A stretch of 48,756 nucleotides of DNA, from the NCBI GenBank assembly GCA_903825275.1, contig CAIKAA010000499.1, forward strand, positions 1 through 48,756, in the 5' to 3' direction. The notes beneath the pieces were generated by a model that did not search any database, had not been told where the DNA came from, and worked only from the letters and a program-made list of their open reading frames with translations. The DNA comes from an uncultured Fibrobacterota bacterium (GTDB taxonomy: Bacteria > Fibrobacterota > Fibrobacteria > UBA5070). Positions 25,996 through 32,598 of this stretch are shown here, piece by piece. Within the stretch, counting starts at the first letter, position 1, and each line of letters starts with the position of its first letter. Position numbers and translations under genes: made by a program.

Positions 25996-26010
25996 TGGCA
26001 CGGCAATTGA
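25996..26010 (+). promoter_or_regulatory. Sigma-54-like -24/-12 element (TGGCAC-N5-TTGA)
   Basis: TGGCACGGCAATTGA lies 68 nt upstream of ATG 26078, with correct GG-N10 spacing. The -12 element reads GA instead of the canonical GC. The same variant recurs at 39838. Confidence 0.3.
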
Positions 26011-26077
26011 TCTAGAAAGCCCCCAGGAAAGCGGATTCAACAAAGCTTTCCTAGCCCCTCAACGTGGAGTTGGAACC

Positions 26078-26461
26078 ATGAACAAGCTCACCCTCGCATT
26101 GGCCTTGACCTTCGCCACCTCGGCATTTTCGAATCACTACTACGTAGACCGCCAGTGGGACCGGGACGATTCCAGGGAATGGCGGTACGAGTCTCGTGAA
26201 CACCGGGAACTTCGCCTGGAACGCGAGCGTCGGGACCGGGAACACCAGCGCATGGAAGAAGAGCGCCTAAGGATCGAAGCCCAGCGTGCTCGTTGGCAGG
26301 CAGACCGTGACCGCGAGCGGTTCCATCATGAGCGGATGGAGCGTCGCGAAGCGTCACGCGAGGAGGTCCGGGAGCCGGTCCGCAATGAACCACCGGTCGT
26401 CTTGAATGCCCCTCCTGCCAAGCCCCGGGTCCGCCTGGAGGTGGAATTGCCCCGGCAATAA
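26078..26461 (+). CDS. Small secreted Arg/Glu-rich (ER/K-type helix) protein, function unknown
   Basis: Signal peptide 'MNKLTLALALTFATSAFS/NH'. The mature part is dominated by alternating R/E/D ('RELRLERERRDREHQRMEEERLRIEAQRARWQADRDRERFHHERMERRE'). GGAG lies 8 nt upstream of the ATG. Confidence 0.6.
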   Translation: MNKLTLALALTFATSAFSNHYYVDRQWDRDDSREWRYESREHRELRLERERRDREHQRMEEERLRIEAQRARWQADRDRERFHHERMERREASREEVREPVRNEPPVVLNAPPAKPRVRLEVELPRQ

Positions 26462-26470
26462 ACCACCCCT

Positions 26471-26485
26471 GGCACCAAAGGTGCC
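26471..26485 (+). terminator. Hairpin immediately after the 26078..26461 gene (possible terminator)
   Basis: GGCACC-AAA-GGTGCC is a perfect 6-bp stem 10 nt after the stop, followed by 'CTGCCTGTTTCG'. The T-tract is weak and interrupted. Confidence 0.4.
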
Positions 26486-26782
26486 CTGCCTGTTTCGTAG
26501 TGCCGTTGTAGTCGATCCAACCGCTAAGGGTCGGGCCGTCAAACCTAACGCCATAAGTCCCCGCAGACAGCTCCAAACCGAGGCGATCGAAAAGCCTGTC
26601 CTGAGAAGGTGTTTACGAAGAGAGGAATCAATTTATCCGCTCGGCCTGAGGAGCGGCGCCTGCCCTTAGATTGTCGAAGGGACAGGCTTTCAGGGAAGCG
26701 GAACCGAAAAGATGGATCACTTGGTGCGGAAATCCGGAATGGATATGACACCATTTTACAACCAAGGGAGAGTGGTTCCAGA

Positions 26783-26788
26783 TATAAT
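26783..26788 (+). promoter_or_regulatory. Perfect TATAAT hexamer 7 nt upstream of ATG 26795 (possible leaderless-type promoter)
   Basis: 'gaTATAATccctctATG'. I found no good -35 at 17 +/- 1 nt, so this is speculative. Confidence 0.25.
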
Positions 26789-26794
26789 CCCTCT

Positions 26795-28651
26795 ATGCCG
26801 ATTTCGAGCCGACTCAGCTACCCAAGAACCCATCGCTTTCTGATCCCCGTCATGGGAACCGGACACTCCATCGACACGCCGCTGCGCGTGGCCCGGTGGG
26901 GGATTTCCTCGGTCATCTCCCTGGTCGACGACATCATGATCGAACAGGTCCACCGCCTGCATTGCCAGCGGCGGGGGCTGCCCTTCGAGGCGGTTTCGCC
27001 CAGGACCCCCAAGGCCCGTTCCGAGCGGATCCGGCGCTACATGGACTTTCTCTTCGACCAGGTTCAACTCCAAATGGCTGAGCTGAGGGCCCAGCCGTTC
27101 CTCCCCAATTCCGAAAAGTCCCGCTGGTTCCAGCTCTTGCCCGAGTCTTCACCTCTCAAGGCCGAATACCAAGCCTTGTTGAAAATGGCTTCCAGCGAAG
27201 AGCGCAGCCAAGCCGAGCTCGCCTTGAGCGCCAAGATGGAGCCCGGCTCCATCGATGCCAACATCATGACCAAATTGGATCGGCGTCCTGTCAATGCCGA
27301 TGGGACCTTGTCCGATCCTCGCCTATCCGATGCCAAGCTGGCCTTGGAAGGGTTCGCTCTCTCGCGCAATCCGGGAAACATGATCTTCTCGGCAGGCATC
27401 AATCCAACCTTGTACGGGGTCATTGAAGAATTCCAGGGATTTTATCGACAAGGCGAAGCCGAGGCGGAAAAGGGGATCGTGGTCAAGGTTTCCGACTTCC
27501 GTTCGGCATTGACCCAAGGCAGGTTTCTGGCCAAAAAGGGGATCGAGGTTCGCGAATTCCGCATCGAATCGGGGCTGAACTGTGGAGGCCACGCGTTTGC
27601 CTCGGATGGCGAATTGCTCGGGCCCATCGTGGACGAGTTCCGTCGCGAGCGCCATCGCTTGCGGGAAGAATTCTTGAAGATGGTCAAAACCGCCTACCAA
27701 AAAAAATCCCTGGCCTGGTCCGAAGCGGCCGAATCCCACGAGGCCGCGATCACCGTCCAAGGGGGCTTGGGGAACACCGCCGAACACCGGCGCATGATCG
27801 AAGATTTCGGGATGGACGCCACCGGTTGGGGTTCGCCATTCCTGCTGGTTCCCGAGGCCACGCCCATCGACGACAAAACCCGTCAAATGCTGGTGCGCAC
27901 CCAGGAAGGCGACATCTACCTTTCCGACAGCTCGCCGTTGGGGGTGAAGTTCAACAACCTTCGCGGCTCGAGCGCCGAAACCGAACTGTGGAAGCGCTTC
28001 GACGAAGGTCGGCCGGGATCGGCCTGCCCCAAGGGATTTTTGGTGACCAACACCGAGTTCACCACAACGCCCATCTGCACGGCATCGAAGGAATACCAAA
28101 CCGCCAAGATCGCCTCGCTTGGCGGCATCGACTCTCCTGACGCTCGTCAGATCGCGGTGAAGGAATGCATCTGCCACCAACTGGGGAATGGCGCCTTGGA
28201 ATTCATCCGCCAAGAAACCGCGATCCTCAAGCATGAGGCCGCTCCGGAGCCGCGCCAAGCACCGGTCAGCATCTGCCCGGGGCCCAACATCATTTGGTTC
28301 AACCGCACCTATTCGCTTTCGGAAATGATCGACCACATCTATGGACGGATTCCGTCTTTGGTTCCCCAAGAAAGGCCGCATGTTTTCGCGGCCGAAATCG
28401 ATCTGTATCTGGATCATTTCGAAAAGCTCTGCGCCGACACCCATCCCGAAAACGCTCGGGATCTCCAGAAGGTCGACACCTTCCGCGTGAACCTCGCCGC
28501 GAACCTCGCTTGGTACCGGCAGTGGTTGGCGGTTCGTTCGGGATTCGATGGTGAAAACCTTTCCTCGCTGCGGGAAGCGGTGGAACGCGCCGAAATGCGG
28601 CTGTTGACGATCCAGGAAGAACCCGCCTACGGAGTGCTGGCCAAGGCATGA
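26795..28651 (+). CDS. Conserved-looking enzyme of unknown function (618 aa)
   Basis: The track ORF begins at 26609, but its first 62 codons are Arg-rich low-complexity sequence, so I chose ATG 26795. Ordered, enzyme-like segments include 'FLIPVMGTGHSIDTPLRVARWGISSVISLVDDIMIE', 'FRIESGLNCGGHAFASDGELLGPI' and 'VQGGLGNTAEHRRMIEDFGMDATGWGSPFLLVPEA'. I cannot assign a family. Confidence 0.55.
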   Translation: MPISSRLSYPRTHRFLIPVMGTGHSIDTPLRVARWGISSVISLVDDIMIEQVHRLHCQRRGLPFEAVSPRTPKARSERIRRYMDFLFDQVQLQMAELRAQPFLPNSEKSRWFQLLPESSPLKAEYQALLKMASSEERSQAELALSAKMEPGSIDANIMTKLDRRPVNADGTLSDPRLSDAKLALEGFALSRNPGNMIFSAGINPTLYGVIEEFQGFYRQGEAEAEKGIVVKVSDFRSALTQGRFLAKKGIEVREFRIESGLNCGGHAFASDGELLGPIVDEFRRERHRLREEFLKMVKTAYQKKSLAWSEAAESHEAAITVQGGLGNTAEHRRMIEDFGMDATGWGSPFLLVPEATPIDDKTRQMLVRTQEGDIYLSDSSPLGVKFNNLRGSSAETELWKRFDEGRPGSACPKGFLVTNTEFTTTPICTASKEYQTAKIASLGGIDSPDARQIAVKECICHQLGNGALEFIRQETAILKHEAAPEPRQAPVSICPGPNIIWFNRTYSLSEMIDHIYGRIPSLVPQERPHVFAAEIDLYLDHFEKLCADTHPENARDLQKVDTFRVNLAANLAWYRQWLAVRSGFDGENLSSLREAVERAEMRLLTIQEEPAYGVLAKA

Positions 28652-29025
28652 ATTTCCGAGGAGCCCCCGAAGAGGCGGTTCGTCGGGCGATTTACACCCA
28701 CCTGACCCAGCGCCTCGGGGTTCCCAAACCCTGCATTCGCCAGGAGCTGGCCCTATCCGCCTGGGACCCCAAGGTCAAGGATCGCGTCGATCTGGCCGTG
28801 TTCGCGGCCCAAGGAGTGTCGGTGGAGCCGGTTTTGTTGGTGGAATGCAAAGCCCCGGAAGTCCCCTTGGACGAACTCGTGGTCGCCCAGGTCCGCCGCT
28901 ATCTGCGACTCTTGCCCGCCCGCTGGATCGCCATCACCAATGGAAGACAAATTCTGTCGTGGCGACTGCGGGAAGGCGTTTGGGAAGCGGCCATTCTTCC
29001 GGTTTGGGCCGAGATGAAGAGTTGA
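28648..29025 (+). CDS. Small PD-(D/E)xK-fold protein resembling the type I restriction enzyme R-subunit N-terminal domain (HSDR_N-like)
   Basis: 'RQELALSAW...KDRVDLAVFAAQGVSVEPVLLVECKAPEVPL...QVRRYLRLLPARWIAITNG' shows the D...E-x-K nuclease-fold pattern and the HSDR_N-type layout. The ATG overlaps the upstream stop (ATGA). Confidence 0.55.
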   Translation: MNFRGAPEEAVRRAIYTHLTQRLGVPKPCIRQELALSAWDPKVKDRVDLAVFAAQGVSVEPVLLVECKAPEVPLDELVVAQVRRYLRLLPARWIAITNGRQILSWRLREGVWEAAILPVWAEMKS

Positions 29026-29170
29026 ATTTTCCGAGGCACAAACCCTTTCAGAAATTCACGCCGATCGAGTGTCCAATGTCCCGCTCGTCTTGAGGAGGCA
29101 CCGTGCAAACCTTCGACTCAAGAGCCGTCCAACCTCAGCTATCTGGAATGCAGGACGTGATCCAAACGGA

Positions 29171-30628
29171 TTACCCCAACTTGGCGATGGCGTGCCGGTA
29201 GACTTCTTCGTACTTGCGAACGTCGGCGTCCCAACTGAAATCGCGCTCCATCACGCGGCGGCGCATCGCCTGGAAGTGGTGGGGTCGGTCGAAGAACGTG
29301 CTCACCGCCCAGCCTAGCGTGTAGTACAAGGACTCGGGTCGATAATCGTCGAAGACGAATCCGTCTCCGCCGCCATCCCATTCCTGGTAATTGCGTACCG
29401 TGTCGGTCAGTCCACCGGTGCGGCGCACCACCGGAAGCGATCCGTAGCGCATGGCGTACATCTGCGAGAGTCCGCAGGGTTCGAACAGGGAAGGCATCAG
29501 GTATAAATCGGAGCCAGCGTAAAGGATGTGGGCCAGGTCTTCGTGGTAACCGATCCAGTTCCCCACGATTCCCGGATGCTTGCGCTGCATCTCGCCGAGC
29601 CACCATTGGACATGGGGGTCTCCGGATCCGAGGAACACGACCTGGAGGTGCATTTCCTGGATCGCGCGTTCGAGCATCCCCTCGATCAAATCCAGACCTT
29701 TGCCGGGCGCAAATCGCGAGACCATCGCCACGATGCAGCGCGAATCGTCTTCCGAAACGCCCATGCGGCGCTGGAGTTCCCGCCGACAACTTTTTCGCCC
29801 GTCCATCTTGTTGACAGAAAATGTCTGCGGAAGATGCTTGTCCGAAGCCGGGTCGTAGACATCCGCGTCGATCCCGTTCAGGATGCCGTACAGGTCTTCC
29901 CCTTTTTGGGACAAGTAGGGAGCCAAGCCTTGCCCTCCCGCGGGGGTTCGGATCTCGTTGGCGTAGGTGGGCGACACGGTGGTGATCGCCTCCGAGAAAT
30001 GGATCGCGGCCTTGAGAAAATTCACCTGCCCGTGGTCTTCAAGCACGTCGGGGACAAAATGTTCGGGGCCGATCCCCATCCAGTCCAAAACACCCTTTTC
30101 GCCAACCCCTTGGTAGGCGAGATTGTGGATCGTCAGCACCGAGGCGCTCTGGGAAAGCGGAGAAAGGAACGCCTCCCAGGTCTTGCGGAACACGGCCGTG
30201 GCGGCCCCCTGCCAGTCGTGGGAATGGATGATGTCGGGGATCCATTGGGTGTCTTTGCAGCTTTGCAGGGCCGCCTTGCAATGGAAGGCGAACCGTCCCA
30301 AGTTGTCGAAATAGCTCTGGCCTTTTTCGTCGTAGATGCCAGCTCTTCCAAACAGGTCGTCCCGCTCGATGAACAGGGCCTTGACCCCATCCCCGTGATC
30401 GCATTGGTGCAAGGCGCACCAAACCTCTCCGGTTCCCATGTGGACGCACATGGTTTGCAAAGACTGGATGCCAAAGCGGCGGCGGTCGATCACGGCGTAA
30501 AGGGGAATGCAGATCCTCACCTCGTGGCCTGCCCGCGACAAGGCCTTGGCCAACGAACCCACCACACCGGCAAGCCCCCCCGTGGTGACATAGGGGTGCG
30601 ATTCGGAGGCAACGAACAGAATCTTCAT
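29171..30628 (-). CDS. glgA: Glycogen (starch) synthase GlgA
   Basis: 'MKILFVASESHPYVTTGGLAGVVGSLAKALSRAGHEVRICIPLY' is the GlgA N-terminal K-x-G-G-L region. 'HSHDWQGA', 'GILNGIDADVYDP' and 'LMPSLFEPCGLSQMYAMRYGSLPVVRRTGGLTDTV' are also present. Confidence 0.92.
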   Translation of the reverse strand: MKILFVASESHPYVTTGGLAGVVGSLAKALSRAGHEVRICIPLYAVIDRRRFGIQSLQTMCVHMGTGEVWCALHQCDHGDGVKALFIERDDLFGRAGIYDEKGQSYFDNLGRFAFHCKAALQSCKDTQWIPDIIHSHDWQGAATAVFRKTWEAFLSPLSQSASVLTIHNLAYQGVGEKGVLDWMGIGPEHFVPDVLEDHGQVNFLKAAIHFSEAITTVSPTYANEIRTPAGGQGLAPYLSQKGEDLYGILNGIDADVYDPASDKHLPQTFSVNKMDGRKSCRRELQRRMGVSEDDSRCIVAMVSRFAPGKGLDLIEGMLERAIQEMHLQVVFLGSGDPHVQWWLGEMQRKHPGIVGNWIGYHEDLAHILYAGSDLYLMPSLFEPCGLSQMYAMRYGSLPVVRRTGGLTDTVRNYQEWDGGGDGFVFDDYRPESLYYTLGWAVSTFFDRPHHFQAMRRRVMERDFSWDADVRKYEEVYRHAIAKLG

Positions 30629-30686
30629 GAAAAAGCTTTCCCGTGAACAGTCAGATACGGAAAGTTAGCCTAGAGAATGCGACAAT

Positions 30687-31259
30687 GTGAGGATGGACCT
30701 GGTGTCGGATGCCAGACAAATTGTTCGAAAATCGACGATCGGGGTAACCCTGATCGAGTTGCTGGTCGTGCTGGTCTTGGTCGGGATCACCGCCAAGTTC
30801 GCGGTGGGCTCGTGGCAGAAGGTGCAGGCCAAGATCCAAGCCAGGGCTTCTATGGAAACCCTGTTGGTCGCCTTGCACCGCGCCCGAAGCGATGCAACCA
30901 CCAAGGAACGGCGATCGGGTGTGGCGATCTCCAACGATTCCAGCTCGAGCTTCGTGACCAATGGAGCCTCCCGCAGCGGCTTGCGGTACTTGAGGTTCGT
31001 GGACGCCACCACCACCGGAACGGTGGGGTCCTTCGACGACCAGGACAGCGTCATCCAGGATTGGCAAACTCTCGATGGCAAGGCCTTTGCCTACTCGATG
31101 AGTTCCAGCGGCTTATCCAATGGGGTGGCCAGCATCGTCTTCAGTTTCGATGGCTCGACGGACAACGATCTGCGGATGAATTTGGGGATGGCCAATTTTA
31201 CGGACACCTTCCATCTCCTCCTGCTCCCCGCAACGGGCTTGGCCAGACTGGAGAGGTGA
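30687..31259 (+). CDS. GspH/FimT-like prepilin-type minor pilin
   Basis: '...VRKSTIG/VTLIELLVVLVLVGITAKFAV' is a prepilin motif with Glu5. It is followed by 'ASMETLLVALHRARSDATTKERRSGVAI', typical of the GspH/FimT family. Start is GTG 30687 or ATG 30693. Confidence 0.75.
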   Translation: MRMDLVSDARQIVRKSTIGVTLIELLVVLVLVGITAKFAVGSWQKVQAKIQARASMETLLVALHRARSDATTKERRSGVAISNDSSSSFVTNGASRSGLRYLRFVDATTTGTVGSFDDQDSVIQDWQTLDGKAFAYSMSSSGLSNGVASIVFSFDGSTDNDLRMNLGMANFTDTFHLLLLPATGLARLER

Positions 31260-31260
31260 C

Positions 31261-31650
31261 ATGAATCGCCGGGGATTTAGCATGATCGAGATGATGGTGG
31301 CTTTGGTGATTCTGGGGATCGTGATCCAGATCTTTTTCCAGACCACCAAATACTCCAGCCAAAATCAGGGGAAGACGCGCGATTGGACGGCGGAATCGGC
31401 GGTGCTGGAAAAGACCATGGAAGGCCTTCGGACGGATTATTCCATGACCCAACTGCAGGGCTTGTCCCGATCGTGGCTCGACTCCTCCCAAGGCGGGACA
31501 AAAATTGCCGTGTCGGTGAGGGGAAGCCAGGCTCCCACGACGGTCGCCACCAGCTTTCCCGCCAATCTGTTGGCCCAGGTCTTTGTGGCCGTGTACCGGG
31601 TTGGCGGCACCGACACCCTTTCGGTCAACACCATCTTGTGGGTGAATTGA
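31261..31650 (+). CDS. Prepilin-type minor pilin (PilV/GspI-like)
   Basis: 'MNRRG/FSMIEMMVALVILGIVIQIF' is an N-methylation motif. 129 aa. Confidence 0.8.
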   Translation: MNRRGFSMIEMMVALVILGIVIQIFFQTTKYSSQNQGKTRDWTAESAVLEKTMEGLRTDYSMTQLQGLSRSWLDSSQGGTKIAVSVRGSQAPTTVATSFPANLLAQVFVAVYRVGGTDTLSVNTILWVN

Positions 31651-31651
31651 A

Positions 31652-32590
31652 ATGAAAGGCTTCACGCTCATCGAAGTCTTGATCGCCATGGTGATCATGG
31701 TGTTGATTTCCAGCGGAGTGCTGTTGACCTTCCAGTACCAGAACAAAAACTTGGTCACCCAACGCGGCATTGCCGAGATGAATTTGATGGCCAAAGGCAT
31801 TTCGGAAGAAATGTCCCGAAACTTGCGGATGGCGGGTGGCGTGCTGCCTCCGGGAGTTGGCGGGCTCAAAGTCTACGGGAACGGCGTCGAGCGTTTGACG
31901 GTGGTCCTCAATCGCGGAGGCGGCGTCGACACCACCCGCGACATGTCCTATTTCCGGCCGGGTTCGATCACCACCAGCCAGGGGGTTTTCCAAAACGCCT
32001 TGTTCCTTCCCGTGCGCCATGTCACGGGGGTGTTCACGGACAGTGGATACATCGTGACCACCGTGCGAGTTCCCCCTTCCTCCTACCCTCTGGGGACGAC
32101 TCCGGCCCCCACCACCGACACCATGATCGTCTTGCCCGTTTTGGAAATGTCCACGAATTTTTCGATCGGAGGAATTGCCGCTGGACCGTTTGTGATCGTG
32201 GACGGATCGTGGTTTGCCTCCAAATGGCCTTGGCTGAATTCCGTCCAAACCAGTGCCAACATGTACGTGTACGGTTTGGATTCCGTCCGCTACTGGGCCT
32301 CGGCCGACACGGTGTTTCGCAAGATCAATCGCAACGATTCGGCGGCGTACGCGCTGGGAGTCGATTCCTTGCGGCTCCAGTACATGCATCCCACAGGAGC
32401 CTGGAGCGATTCTTTGCTCGGGACCGATCCCGCCAACCAGATCCAGAAAGCTCGGGTGCGCATCCGCGTGCGCACGCGGCAGAAGGACCTTTCACTTGCC
32501 GCTTCGAACCCCTCCACAAAGGGGTACCACTACCAGACCATCGAGACCGAGGTCGCACTTCGCAATACGTCGACCCTGGTCAACAAGTGA
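31652..32590 (+). CDS. Prepilin-type minor pilin (PilW/GspJ-like)
   Basis: 'MKG/FTLIEVLIAMVIMVLISSGVLL' is an N-methylation motif. 312 aa. Confidence 0.8.
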   Translation: MKGFTLIEVLIAMVIMVLISSGVLLTFQYQNKNLVTQRGIAEMNLMAKGISEEMSRNLRMAGGVLPPGVGGLKVYGNGVERLTVVLNRGGGVDTTRDMSYFRPGSITTSQGVFQNALFLPVRHVTGVFTDSGYIVTTVRVPPSSYPLGTTPAPTTDTMIVLPVLEMSTNFSIGGIAAGPFVIVDGSWFASKWPWLNSVQTSANMYVYGLDSVRYWASADTVFRKINRNDSAAYALGVDSLRLQYMHPTGAWSDSLLGTDPANQIQKARVRIRVRTRQKDLSLAASNPSTKGYHYQTIETEVALRNTSTLVNK

Positions 32591-32598
32591 GGGAAAAA

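Noticed and set aside
26590-26790. Riboswitch in the region upstream of the 618-aa gene. 'CTGAGA' is TPP-like, and 'AGGGAAGCGG...GGTGCGGAAATCCGG' is cobalamin-like.
   Set aside because: The TPP-like hit lacks the ACCTGA/pyrimidine-sensor half. The cobalamin-like pieces are separated by an insertion of about 30 nt, and no B12 box (GCCACTG) is present. An Rfam scan would be needed to revive either idea.
26609-26794. N-terminal extension of the 618-aa protein, using the track ORF start at 26609.
   Set aside because: The 62 extra codons translate to Arg-rich low-complexity sequence (MFTKRGINLSARPEERRLPLDCRRDRLSGKRNRKDG...) and overlap strong DNA hairpins. ATG 26795 precedes the first ordered motif.
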